Of a stretch of DNA of 64,000 bases, positions 9,247-18,432 are shown piece by piece. Source of the stretch: Candidatus Poseidoniales archaeon (lineage in GTDB: Archaea; Thermoplasmatota; Poseidoniia; Poseidoniales; Poseidoniaceae); NCBI GenBank assembly GCA_038146705.1, contig JAYQSB010000003.1, positions 2,968-66,967 of the forward strand. Direction: 5' to 3'. The notes beneath the pieces are model-generated. The model saw only the letters and a list, made by a program, of their open reading frames with translations. It was not told the DNA's origin and did no database searches. The number at the start of each line of letters is the position of its first letter. The stretch's first letter is position 1. A program made the position numbers and the translations under genes.

Positions 9247-10182
9247 ATGATGGCAGATGATGGACCTCGGATGCCGCATGATAGAGGCCATCTATTGTGG
9301 ACGAGCACAGGTGGTCCCGAACGACCCCTGCTCGCCAGCTTTGACCGTTGGACAACCGCAATTCTTGGTGATGATGATGTCTCTGAGTTTATGATGGCAG
9401 AAGGCCCTGTGCTTGAAGGCAGCATAGTAGCGAAAGAAAATGGTATCATTGCCGGTTGTTCTGCAGTCGATTATATGCTTCAGATTTGGTGTCCCGATAT
9501 CCAAATTTCCTGGAGGGCAAACGATGGGAAATCAGTTCAAAAAGACGATACTATAGCCATGATCAAAGGCAGTTCTGAATCATTATTACGTATGGAACGT
9601 TCAATTCTCAATATTCTCGGCCAATTATCTGGGATTGCGACTGAATCGAATCGGTGGGCGACAATTGCTCCTAAACAAATTGCATGTACAAGGAAAACAG
9701 TTTGGGGTCTTCTTGACAAATGGGCTGTTCATTTGGGAGGAGGTCTCACCCACCGATTGAGTAAAAATGATGCAAAGATGATCAAAGAAAATGATCTTTC
9801 AAGTTTGATTGATGTTGGCACCAACGAGGAACGAATCACATCAATATTGACTGAACTTCACAAGGAAGATTATGGGGCATTTCTAGAGATTGAGGTGAGA
9901 ACAGCGAAAGAAGCAATGCTTGCAGCCGCCGTTTGGAAATCATTTCAACTTGAAGATAAACTTGTGATTATGCTCGACAATATGGCTCCAGAAGACTGCA
10001 AGAAGATTGCTGAGGAAATGGAGCAGTACGAATTACGTGCATCGGTTATCCTCGAAGCAAGTGGAGGCATCACATTTGACCAATTATCTAATTGGAAAGA
10101 ATGCAAAATGGATGTGTTGAGCACAAGTTCTCTCAACCGTGGTACGCAACCACTTGATCTCACATTGCTCATTGAGTTGTAG
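9247..10182 (+). CDS. nadC: Nicotinate-nucleotide pyrophosphorylase (quinolinate phosphoribosyltransferase)
   Basis: IVAKENGIIAG, TRKTVWGL, GGGLTHR and MIKEND fit the NadC family pattern. The start is uncertain (9247 or 9271). Confidence 0.8.
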   Translation: MMADDGPRMPHDRGHLLWTSTGGPERPLLASFDRWTTAILGDDDVSEFMMAEGPVLEGSIVAKENGIIAGCSAVDYMLQIWCPDIQISWRANDGKSVQKDDTIAMIKGSSESLLRMERSILNILGQLSGIATESNRWATIAPKQIACTRKTVWGLLDKWAVHLGGGLTHRLSKNDAKMIKENDLSSLIDVGTNEERITSILTELHKEDYGAFLEIEVRTAKEAMLAAAVWKSFQLEDKLVIMLDNMAPEDCKKIAEEMEQYELRASVILEASGGITFDQLSNWKECKMDVLSTSSLNRGTQPLDLTLLIEL

Positions 10183-10193
10183 GGTGTGTTAGT

Positions 10194-10943
10194 TTGACTG
10201 ACCATGCTGCCGACCCATCTCATCCGAGATATTCCTCCCTTCTCCAACGACAAAAATTGGAACGAGCTAAGAAATTAGGAATGTTAGCAGACAGCGCCCT
10301 CATAGCCCATGGTAGAGGGGAGGCTTTTGATTACCTCCTAGGAGAAAAAACGCATTCATTTGCACATGATGCCATCATTCAAGCATTAGCGGTGCTTAAA
10401 CAAGCACAACATCCTATCTTGAGCGTCAACGGAAACACCGTTGCTCTTGCAGGACTTGAAATCTTACAATTAGCATCACACCTTTCATGCCCTGTAGAAA
10501 TCAATATTTTTTATCGAACACCAGAACGGATGAATGCCCTCCTTACAGAATTGGAACATATCAACAAAGAGCACGACCTTCATGTCAACATCCTGGGGGC
10601 GAACCCCGATGCGACAATACCCGGACTCAAGGGACCGAGAGCAAAATGTGAATCATCGGGAATATTTTCATCCGACGTCATCTTTGTTCCATTAGAAGAT
10701 GGTGATCGCTGTCAAGCACTGAAAAAAATGGGCAAGACCGTCATCGTTGTTGACCTCAATCCAATGTCCAGAAGTGCGATTCACGCATCGATAACAATAG
10801 TCAACGAACTCCATCGAACAATAGAGCATATGATCGAAGTTCTTGAACAAAACCATGACGTTTCAAAAATAGAATCATTCAGCCATCATTCGATTCTAGA
10901 GAGGGCATTGATAACGATTCGTCAAGGTGAGAAGAAGGATTAG
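10194..10943 (+). CDS. Archaeal phosphopantothenate synthetase (4-phosphopantoate--beta-alanine ligase)
   Basis: HPRYSSLL...LIAHGRGEAFDYLLGE is characteristic of the archaeal CoA-pathway enzyme (COG1701). The apparent start is TTG. Confidence 0.75.
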   Translation: MTDHAADPSHPRYSSLLQRQKLERAKKLGMLADSALIAHGRGEAFDYLLGEKTHSFAHDAIIQALAVLKQAQHPILSVNGNTVALAGLEILQLASHLSCPVEINIFYRTPERMNALLTELEHINKEHDLHVNILGANPDATIPGLKGPRAKCESSGIFSSDVIFVPLEDGDRCQALKKMGKTVIVVDLNPMSRSAIHASITIVNELHRTIEHMIEVLEQNHDVSKIESFSHHSILERALITIRQGEKKD

Positions 10944-12124
10944 AATTCTTCATCCAGCAAATCTGCTAGTCGAGTTGCAATTGATGTTCCAACTTGGCTA
11001 CAAGAAGCATAGCCACCGATATCATAGGTGAGTTCTTTTCCTTCTTTGAGATGGTCAGCAACACCTTGGTCAATGCAATTTGCAACACGAAGCAAATCAT
11101 CATCACCGTGCTTCCTGCCGAGGTAATCCATCATCATTTGAATGGAGTTTATTGATGCAATCGGGTTCACTTTGTTTTTACCTGCATGTTTTGGAGATGA
11201 ACCATGGACTGGTTCAAAGAATGCATGGGCGTCACCAACATTTCCCGAAGCAGCCATGCCCATACCGCCTTGCAACACTGCACCAAGGTCGGTGGCAATA
11301 TCGCCGAACATGTTTGAGGTAACAACAACATCATAATGTTCAGGATTCCTTGTCAACCATTGTGTGAATGCATCGATGTATCCATAATCTGATTCAGTTC
11401 CTGGATACTCTTCAGCAATTTCTGTGAATACTCTTCGAAACAACTGACAACCACGTGTGACGTTCGATTTATCGACACAAGTCACTCGATGTGCACCGTC
11501 AGCAGGCGCCCCATTTCTTGTTTTTGCAATCTCAAAACCCATTCGAATCAATCGTTCAGAGCCCTTTTGCGAAATTGGTCGAGCATCATATGCTACTTCA
11601 CCATCGATCCCGGGAAAGTCCATTGCGGGTGGTTCATATTCAGCACGACCCAAGGCTCTATCGGCACTTCTCCGAAGTAATGCGTGGTACAAACCCTCAG
11701 TATTTTCACGAAGAATGGTCATGTCGACCATGCCGGGTTTCCAAACTTGCGTGAACTCGCCATGAATTTTGTGTCGAACCCCTTCGTAGAGTTTGATTGG
11801 CCGAATGTTTGCATACAAATCAAGACCGCTTCGCAACCCAAGAATGACTGAACCTCCTGCAAGATCACCGTTTTCCAAACGTACGCCAGGTGCACCAATT
11901 GCTCCAAGGAAAATCGCATCAGCCTCATCTTTACAGAACTCAAACGAGCCTTCCTCCCATTCCTTACCAGTTTCCTTGTAGTATTGTCCACCACAGGGAA
12001 TCACAGTTTGTTCAAAACCTGAATTGGTATGCTGCTCAATAGTTTGCAGTATTTTTTGAGCCTCCACCGCCACTTCTCTTCCAGTTCCGTCACCTGGGAG
12101 AATTGCAACACGATAGTCGCTCAT
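10940..12124 (-). CDS. Isocitrate / 3-isopropylmalate dehydrogenase family protein
   Basis: [24 protein letters not shown] and NMFGDIATD are present. The start was re-picked at MSDYRV. Substrate cannot be assigned from the sequence alone. Confidence 0.8.
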   Translation of the reverse strand: MSDYRVAILPGDGTGREVAVEAQKILQTIEQHTNSGFEQTVIPCGGQYYKETGKEWEEGSFEFCKDEADAIFLGAIGAPGVRLENGDLAGGSVILGLRSGLDLYANIRPIKLYEGVRHKIHGEFTQVWKPGMVDMTILRENTEGLYHALLRRSADRALGRAEYEPPAMDFPGIDGEVAYDARPISQKGSERLIRMGFEIAKTRNGAPADGAHRVTCVDKSNVTRGCQLFRRVFTEIAEEYPGTESDYGYIDAFTQWLTRNPEHYDVVVTSNMFGDIATDLGAVLQGGMGMAASGNVGDAHAFFEPVHGSSPKHAGKNKVNPIASINSIQMMMDYLGRKHGDDDLLRVANCIDQGVADHLKEGKELTYDIGGYASCSQVGTSIATRLADLLDEEF

Positions 12125-12241
12125 GATTTTGGCCAAAAGAATCCCATACATGAACAAAACCCCTGTGTATTGTGATGGTCTTGCATGGTAAACCCCCCTA
12201 TTTCCACTGGAAAATCAAAATAGACATGTAGATGAACAGTC

Positions 12242-12958
12242 TTGCTCTCTCCAATTGAAATAATTGAGAGGAAATACATGGGAGGCTTGATAGGCTGTCA
12301 ATACGCACAGCCAAGTATGTCCGAACACAAGAGCCATGAAAATAAATCTAGTGTGAAGATTGACGATTTGCCACTTGAAATCCAACAATTAAATGACATC
12401 ATGCTCGGTATTCAGCCCGACTGGAATGTTTTCGATTGGATTGCTGAAAAGGCACTTATGGAGATGGAATTAATCGAATGTGATTTGGAAAAAGAACGAT
12501 TGCATGCGGAACAACGCCTCCATAGGATTCAGGATTTAGCCCGCCGATTTCCAGAAAATGAAACCGAAGACCCTTACCAAAAGAACCTCTTTGACTGCTT
12601 TGATGTCGATGATCATAGTACATTCACACGACTTTCTGACCGAGCACAATTGGCAGAAGAACATGATTCAGAATCTGCTTTTGTAAATATGGTTGTTGAT
12701 GTGAACCCCGATACAAATTTTGATGACCCGCTCTTAGCAATATCATGTCAAATCATTCTCATGGGTGTGGAAAAAAGTATTGCTAAAGGACAATCCTTCG
12801 CAACGATTGAAACGATAATACATCAAGCAAAAAGTCATAATTTAAGTGCCGATGAAACCGAAGAAGCCCTTGACTTCCTTCTAACCACAGGTCAATTGAT
12901 TGAAATTGATGATGATTGTTTCATTTTGAATGATTTTGATGATAGTAAAAACGATTGA
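12242..12958 (+). CDS. Hypothetical acidic cytoplasmic protein, possible C-terminal winged-helix-like segment
   Basis: This is the long ORF in a codirectional series with a 4-nt overlap to the next ORF. It is very D/E-rich with no TM segments. The start is uncertain (alternatives 12278 and 12317). Confidence 0.5.
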   Translation: MLSPIEIIERKYMGGLIGCQYAQPSMSEHKSHENKSSVKIDDLPLEIQQLNDIMLGIQPDWNVFDWIAEKALMEMELIECDLEKERLHAEQRLHRIQDLARRFPENETEDPYQKNLFDCFDVDDHSTFTRLSDRAQLAEEHDSESAFVNMVVDVNPDTNFDDPLLAISCQIILMGVEKSIAKGQSFATIETIIHQAKSHNLSADETEEALDFLLTTGQLIEIDDDCFILNDFDDSKND

Positions 12959-13314
12959 TTTTCCAGAATCTACATTTCTTGAGGTTGGTTGAGTTGGGGA
13001 AAAAAGAGCATGCACAACGCATTCTGGATGCACTTGACACATCGAAAAGATTACGAAAACGTCTCATCATCGTTGTTTTATCACTACTTGTTATCGGCGT
13101 CGTGGCCTTTTTCCAAGGATTCAACCTTACACTCATCGTTGGGGTTGAATTACTTCTCTTTGTCTTCCTTTCATTCAGCGTTGACAGGGAACGCCAATCC
13201 ATTGAATATAATCTCGATTTAGGATTTAAAAAATTAGGTTGGACTCGTCCAGAAGAAATTGACGAAAAGACAACACAAAATTTACTGAAAATTATTGGCG
13301 ATGAGAGAACATGA
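12955..13314 (+). CDS. Hypothetical small membrane protein (2 predicted TM)
   Basis: It has ATGA-type 4-nt overlaps with both neighbours. The hydrophobic stretch is LIIVVLSLLVIGVVAFFQGFNLTLIVGVELLLFVFLSF. Confidence 0.45.
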   Translation: MIFQNLHFLRLVELGKKEHAQRILDALDTSKRLRKRLIIVVLSLLVIGVVAFFQGFNLTLIVGVELLLFVFLSFSVDRERQSIEYNLDLGFKKLGWTRPEEIDEKTTQNLLKIIGDERT

Positions 13315-14018
13315 GCAAAGAAATTTCTCAACTTCTTTATCCAATACAACCTCCTTTCAAATCGATATTATTTTGGATATTTCATTTTACAATGACCGGC
13401 ACAGCGTTCATATTTTTTGTCCTCACCCTCTTTTCAATTGATGGATTCTATCTCATGATGATTCTTTTTTTCCAACTGATTACCGTCTTCCTCCAAATTT
13501 TTATTTGGAATATATCCGAGAAAAAGAGAGTCATCCAACTTGAAAAAATTCTCCTTGATTTTGATTCAAGTTGGGATGTTGTTCGAGAATCTGTCCAAAC
13601 CGATGAAGAAGCGGATCTTTTGTACCAAGCGTTTACAAAAGTGCATTTCCAAACACCAGAATCAATTTCACCTCGAATGCAACGAGGTTCAGATGAAAAA
13701 GGGCCTTCTTGGGGAAAAGAAGAAGCGACGTTATCACCGAATGTTGACCGGCGGGATGCAATTCGATCATCATCGACGTATGATGGCTTGGATGGGCCAC
13801 TGCAAGTTGGAGAAAAAATCGTTGAGGAAGCAAATCAAAAATATGCCCAAGAAGCTCAAATTCGCTGGGAGGAGGCGGAAAAGAATGACGCTGATTTAAT
13901 TGAAGCAGGGGTCGAACGACTCGGCGACTTGCTACGAACAGATTGGTTTGAGAAAAATTCTGAGGACGGTGCCGTTGCCCGGCTGATGTCAAATAACAAC
14001 CAAAAGAATGACGAATAG
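13311..14018 (+). CDS. Hypothetical membrane protein (N-terminal 2 TM, charged C-terminal domain)
   Basis: It overlaps the upstream ORF by 4 nt. The hydrophobic N-terminus (ILFWIFHFTMTGTAFIFFVLTLF..., MMILFFQLITVFLQIFIW) is followed by about 150 aa of charged sequence. Confidence 0.5.
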   Translation: MSKEISQLLYPIQPPFKSILFWIFHFTMTGTAFIFFVLTLFSIDGFYLMMILFFQLITVFLQIFIWNISEKKRVIQLEKILLDFDSSWDVVRESVQTDEEADLLYQAFTKVHFQTPESISPRMQRGSDEKGPSWGKEEATLSPNVDRRDAIRSSSTYDGLDGPLQVGEKIVEEANQKYAQEAQIRWEEAEKNDADLIEAGVERLGDLLRTDWFEKNSEDGAVARLMSNNNQKNDE

Positions 14019-14035
14019 AGAAGACATCATAATCT

Positions 14036-14108
14036 TCGAAACCTCCCATACACCATGAAAGTCAGCGTGGGGCCATTTTGATGAGCACAATTTTGTATCG
14101 AAACCTCC
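14036..14108. repeat. Two copies of an 11-nt direct repeat TCGAAACCTCC, 62 nt apart, in the intergenic region upstream of the GtrA-like gene
   Basis: The copies lie at 14036-14046 and 14098-14108 and were read directly from the sequence. Confidence 0.5.
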
Positions 14109-14157
14109 GCACAACGGATGATGATGTGTCGTAATCCGCAGATGATACACCAACTCG

Positions 14158-14613
14158 ATGAATGATATGTTTCCACTCTTCAATCAATTTTTTGCAAAAG
14201 GTTCCCTTCAGCGCTTTGGCTTAGCTGGCGGATTTAACACCCTCCTTTTTTTGATATTCATCGAAATATTCTATGCCATTGTTGAGGATTCATTTGCGCC
14301 GTTTATTTGGGCAGTATCTTGGATTTTGACAAGTTACATTGCTCACTACATTCATCGTTGGTTTACGTTTGATACAACAGAGCCAATTCAAAAAACGATT
14401 CCAATGGTTGCGATTCTCTACATCATAGGGATGTTAGGCTCCACGTGGACATATGTGGAATTCTTAGAGATTCTAACCATTGACATTCGACTAATTGCAT
14501 TACTTAATGTTCTGCTGTGGGGGGCGGTGACATGGTTGAGTATGAGGGTACTCATTTTCAAACATGTCAAGGGGTCTATGTTGCATACGATTCCAATAAT
14601 GCAAGAGGAATAA
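14158..14613 (+). CDS. GtrA-like small polytopic membrane protein
   Basis: It is about 150 aa with four hydrophobic helices and an N-terminal LQRFGLAGGFNTLLF typical of the GtrA family. Confidence 0.55.
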   Translation: MNDMFPLFNQFFAKGSLQRFGLAGGFNTLLFLIFIEIFYAIVEDSFAPFIWAVSWILTSYIAHYIHRWFTFDTTEPIQKTIPMVAILYIIGMLGSTWTYVEFLEILTIDIRLIALLNVLLWGAVTWLSMRVLIFKHVKGSMLHTIPIMQEE

Positions 14614-14935
14614 TTTCCAAGGCACGTTCATTTGTTGCCTCTAGGTCAACAGGGCATGCGGCTCCCTGCTGAACTGCTGATAACCATGTGGCCGCACATA
14701 CACACCATGAATCACCTGGCTTTAGTCCAGGGAAATTGAATTGAGGAACCGGCGTAATGAGGTCGTTCCCCTGTCCACGAGCGAATTCGAGAAAAGCCTC
14801 AGTGACGATACAACATACGGTATGAGAACCTCGGTCGGATGAATCAGTGTTGCAGAAGCCATCTCGGTACCATCCAGTTAATGGTTTGCAAGAACACTCA
14901 GCAATATGTTCTCCGAGCACATTTTTCTGCTGCAT
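14576..14935 (-). CDS. DUF2237-family protein
   Basis: CKPLTGWYRDGFCNT...GSHTVCC...FLEF matches my recollection of DUF2237. Its 3' end overlaps the convergent GtrA-like gene by 38 nt. Confidence 0.6.
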   Translation of the reverse strand: MQQKNVLGEHIAECSCKPLTGWYRDGFCNTDSSDRGSHTVCCIVTEAFLEFARGQGNDLITPVPQFNFPGLKPGDSWCVCAATWLSAVQQGAACPVDLEATNERALEIIPLALLESYAT

Positions 14936-14990
14936 GTTTCAAACAAGACAAGCAGACATTTGAATTTGTGTACGAAATCATACAACTTTA

Positions 14991-15323
14991 TCATATTCTT
15001 TTCTTAAAAAATGAAAATTTACGTTTTTGTGATTGGGGTTGAATAATTTGATTCAATTTTCCTTTTTTGTCAAGATTTAATAGATCATCAAATCCTCCAA
15101 TACGATTGCCGTTGATGATAATCTGAGGAACTGTTTTTGCATTGTTCGTTTGTTGTTGGAAGTACATTTGCACACCAGGGTCGTTTGAAAGTTTATGCTC
15201 ATTGAATGGAATTTTTCTCGAATAAAAGAATTGTTTTGCTTGAGTGCATGCTGAACAACCCCTCTTCGTCCATATATCAACTTGAATTTCGTCTTGGGGC
15301 ATATCTTTTGCAAAATGAAACAT
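14991..15323 (-). CDS. Glutaredoxin
   Basis: It has a CSAC active-site CxxC and VPQIIINGNRIGGFDDL. The start is 15323 or 15302. Confidence 0.8.
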   Translation of the reverse strand: MFHFAKDMPQDEIQVDIWTKRGCSACTQAKQFFYSRKIPFNEHKLSNDPGVQMYFQQQTNNAKTVPQIIINGNRIGGFDDLLNLDKKGKLNQIIQPQSQKRKFSFFKKRI

Positions 15324-15394
15324 GGCTTGAATATAATGCCGTTTTGCTAAAATCTTCCGCTGAGTTCTTGAAGCATAAAGTCGCGCGTATTCTC

Positions 15395-15826
15395 ATGCTA
15401 CCTGATACCGTACACAAACTACCCCGTGAAGAACGATTTGCCTATGCCAAATTGCTTGCTTTTATTGCCCGTATTGATAACGAATTAACCGTAGATGAAA
15501 TGGCAATGTTCGAACAAAGGCTAGGGACTGCACTTCTCTCCCCGAATCAAAGAGACATGATACGGGCAGCACTCAAGAATCCACCATCACTTGAAGAATG
15601 CCTTGAGGATTTGCACGGCGAGGCGGGTAAGCTTGCATTACGTGATGCAGTTCTCATGGCAGCAGCAGATGGTAATGTCGACGAAGATGAGCGGGATGTA
15701 CTTGAAGAAATCTCAGAGCATTTGGGCCTCAAAGAGGAGGCGGTTGACTTACTTCTTGAGTGGACTGTCAAAGGATACAAATGGATGAAACAAGGATACG
15801 AACTTCTCAACTCCCTTGAGGAGTAA
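15395..15826 (+). CDS. TerB-like (tellurite-resistance TerB / DjlA N-domain fold) protein, paralog 1
   Basis: AAADGNVDEDERDVLEEI is present and the first half shows the same D-x-x-x-E periodicity. The start was re-picked at the 15395 ATG because the ORF-track N-terminus overlaps the glutaredoxin gene. Confidence 0.6.
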   Translation: MLPDTVHKLPREERFAYAKLLAFIARIDNELTVDEMAMFEQRLGTALLSPNQRDMIRAALKNPPSLEECLEDLHGEAGKLALRDAVLMAAADGNVDEDERDVLEEISEHLGLKEEAVDLLLEWTVKGYKWMKQGYELLNSLEE

Positions 15827-15828
15827 GA

Positions 15829-16263
15829 ATGTTCCCCGATCCAGTCGGTTTATTCCCATTGAATGAACGACTATCTTACGGCCACATTCTCGTTCACATT
15901 GCAGCCGTTGACGGCACTCTTGTGAGAGAAGAGGTTCAAGCGATAGAAGGATACATTGGCAAATGTCTCATTCCTCCAGACCAAAGAGACGAGATTCGGC
16001 AGGGGTTTGAGAGTCCAAAATCCCTCGGCGAACTTCTGAATAATGTCTCGGACGAACTTTTACATTTTGCACTTCGAGATGCAATTATCGTAGCATCAAT
16101 TGATGGGGAATATGATGAATCTGAGATTGCGTGTATTCGTGAGATAGCAACGAAGATTGACATGTCAGATGAAGACTTGTCTAAGGTATTTGACTGGGTA
16201 AAATCAGGGTGGAAATGGAATAGTGAATATAAAAAATTTATCTCTAAAAATAGCCAAAAATGA
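15829..16263 (+). CDS. TerB-like protein, paralog 2
   Basis: It is 144 aa and colinear with the upstream paralog (ALRDAIIVASIDGEYDESEIACIREI; both end in W-x-K-x-G-(Y/W)-KW). The gap is 2 nt. Confidence 0.6.
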   Translation: MFPDPVGLFPLNERLSYGHILVHIAAVDGTLVREEVQAIEGYIGKCLIPPDQRDEIRQGFESPKSLGELLNNVSDELLHFALRDAIIVASIDGEYDESEIACIREIATKIDMSDEDLSKVFDWVKSGWKWNSEYKKFISKNSQK

Positions 16264-16385
16264 ACCTTTTACGAAGGGCTACATTCAAACCATGAAAGCC
16301 TTCCGCTCTGTTTGGTGGGGGACTTTTGCAGAACGGAGTAAGTGGATGGTACGCTAGACTGGACCGATGTTTAGAAGATAGAAAT

Positions 16386-18314
16386 ATGCAGATTGAAATC
16401 TGGCTTGAAACCTGGGAAAAATCACTCCGAACGTTTCAACCAATCGCAGCGTTGTTGCCTGAAGACTGGCCAACACTACCGGCGAATCTTCTTACTGACC
16501 CTGGCCATGTCCTTGACCATTTACTTGCTCGTCACGATGCTGAGTCTGATGGAAGATCCCCACGAGGCGCTCATCCAACTCCCCCTCGTCTTGCCGATGC
16601 AATAATTGCATCTGAATTACGCGAACCTCTCGTTCATCCAAAAAAACCAGTTCAACAAAATAATTTCTTGATGTCAAATTTACCACCCGGCTTCCGTCAA
16701 CATGTCAAAAATCTGAATCTGCCACCTTCGGCCCAAGAAGAAGCCGTCGACAACGAAGATGAACAAGCACAAGTCGATAATAATCGGCGCACGATTAGCG
16801 GCATCCCTCTACCAATTGCTGATACTGCAGCAGGAGGCGGATTGTTCCATGCCCGCCTCATGCGGCGACACGCGGAAATTCACGAAGACAGCCCGCCTGA
16901 AACAAGGAAGCAAGACACACGCAAATTTTTCGAGCACATACAATTGCTCGACATCGACCCTCTAGCTGTACAAAGCACAAAGCGACGCCTGTTACTCGAA
17001 GCAATCCGATTGGAACTTGTGAGTTTTGGTGCTGAACAGCCAAATAAAATTTCACGAAAAGAAATGGAGACTTTGCTTGACACAGGCGTCAAAGAAGGGG
17101 ATGCGTTGCAAGATGATTGGCCCTGGGATTGTGAACCTCAACTCGTTCTCACAAATCCACCGTGGTTGAGAATCAAGGACCGATTCCGTGGACAAGACGA
17201 CGGAAGTAAACTCAGAAAGGAACTGGGGGACCAATTACGATCTATCGTTGATGACGATAAACCACGGTTTTCTACAATGCGAGGCAATGTTAACCTGTAC
17301 AGACTGTTCATTGAGCGAAGCCTACAGATACTGGAAAAAGGAGGTCGGCTACGCCTCATTGCTCCCGATAGTCTTCTGAGAGAACAGTCATCACACCCAC
17401 TTCGAGAACTTCTTGTGAATGAACATGCATGGCATCATGTTTGGTGTATTGAAGAAGCAAATCTTCTGTTTCCAGGCATGACACAAGGCGTTGTCGTCCT
17501 CGGTATTGATGCTAAAGAAACGCCAGTTTCGCTCACATTGCGAGGTCCAATTACACGTTCAGACTTGCGTAAGGAAGGCGACGGGCTCTCATCGAGAGTA
17601 CCCTCATTCCAAATGGAAGAGACAAGATGGAAGAAATGGGCAAGAAACACTTGGGCAGTTCCACGCCTCCCCCGTGACAGAATCGAGAGAAAATATACAC
17701 TTGAAGTTCTTGACAAACTTGCAACACGGCCCCGCCTCAACGATGACCAGCATGTCCTTACCACAAATGGTCAACATGTCCGAGTTCGAGTGGGAGAAAT
17801 AGACCAAACTTCAAACTCCAAAAGCATTGAGACGTGGGTAAAAGGAAGAGAAAGTCACCCATTTATTCGCGGAGTACATTTCCATGAAGATGATGCCGGG
17901 CAAGTATTCATTCGCCATCCTGCATTTAGAACAGACATTCCATCCCGAGCAAGTGAACGTCAACTCGCTATGTGGATAGGTGAACAGCCAACACACCAGG
18001 GACCGCGACTCGCATGCCAAGCAATTGTCAATGCCCATCAAGAGCGTCGCTTGAGGTGGGCGGTCATTCCAGCAAACTGTGTCTTGGGCAACAGTGTCAA
18101 TCATATTGAACTTCATTCAGATATCGAAAAGCGACTCACTGACGAACACGGCAATTTGCACAATGCATTGAATTGGTTGTGCGATCATTTGAACGATAAT
18201 GACCTTGATGAGTGGGCGCGAGCATGGGCTGCAAACAACAATGTCAATAATTATGAATTGGAAACACTCCCTCTCGACTTAAATGGTGAAATGGTGAAAC
18301 CTGATTCGCAATGA
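16386..18314 (+). CDS. Gamma-class N6-adenine DNA methyltransferase (Eco57I/TaqI-like) with C-terminal specificity-like region; no partner nuclease seen
   Basis: The motif order is GAHPTPPRLA (motif X-like), ADTAAGGGLF (motif I), then LVLTNPPWLRIK (motif IV NPPW). The ORF-track start at 16326 is TTG and the first ATG is at 16386. Confidence 0.7.
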   Translation: MQIEIWLETWEKSLRTFQPIAALLPEDWPTLPANLLTDPGHVLDHLLARHDAESDGRSPRGAHPTPPRLADAIIASELREPLVHPKKPVQQNNFLMSNLPPGFRQHVKNLNLPPSAQEEAVDNEDEQAQVDNNRRTISGIPLPIADTAAGGGLFHARLMRRHAEIHEDSPPETRKQDTRKFFEHIQLLDIDPLAVQSTKRRLLLEAIRLELVSFGAEQPNKISRKEMETLLDTGVKEGDALQDDWPWDCEPQLVLTNPPWLRIKDRFRGQDDGSKLRKELGDQLRSIVDDDKPRFSTMRGNVNLYRLFIERSLQILEKGGRLRLIAPDSLLREQSSHPLRELLVNEHAWHHVWCIEEANLLFPGMTQGVVVLGIDAKETPVSLTLRGPITRSDLRKEGDGLSSRVPSFQMEETRWKKWARNTWAVPRLPRDRIERKYTLEVLDKLATRPRLNDDQHVLTTNGQHVRVRVGEIDQTSNSKSIETWVKGRESHPFIRGVHFHEDDAGQVFIRHPAFRTDIPSRASERQLAMWIGEQPTHQGPRLACQAIVNAHQERRLRWAVIPANCVLGNSVNHIELHSDIEKRLTDEHGNLHNALNWLCDHLNDNDLDEWARAWAANNNVNNYELETLPLDLNGEMVKPDSQ

Positions 18315-18374
18315 GGAAATGATTTCCTAAATGGTTTCCGTTTTGTAGTCTGAAAGTGCCATAATATGTACATA

Positions 18375-18382
18375 TTTTTAAA
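18375..18382 (+). promoter_or_regulatory. Possible archaeal TATA box (TTTTTAAA) upstream of the THEP1-like gene
   Basis: TTTTTAAA lies about 51-58 nt upstream of the ATG at 18433. No transcript data are available. Confidence 0.25.
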
Positions 18383-18432
18383 TGGTTAAAGAGAGTGGAA
18401 TAAGGCGTCGTTCTAAAAATTGGTGATACAAG

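Noticed and set aside
14117-14127. GGATGATGATG resembling a C box of a C/D-box sRNA
   Set aside because: No CUGA D or D' boxes lie at appropriate spacing downstream, and there is no terminal stem.
15206-15394. An N-terminal extension of the first TerB-like ORF
   Set aside because: It overlaps the glutaredoxin gene on the opposite strand. Starting at 15395 gives a 143-aa product colinear with its 144-aa paralog.
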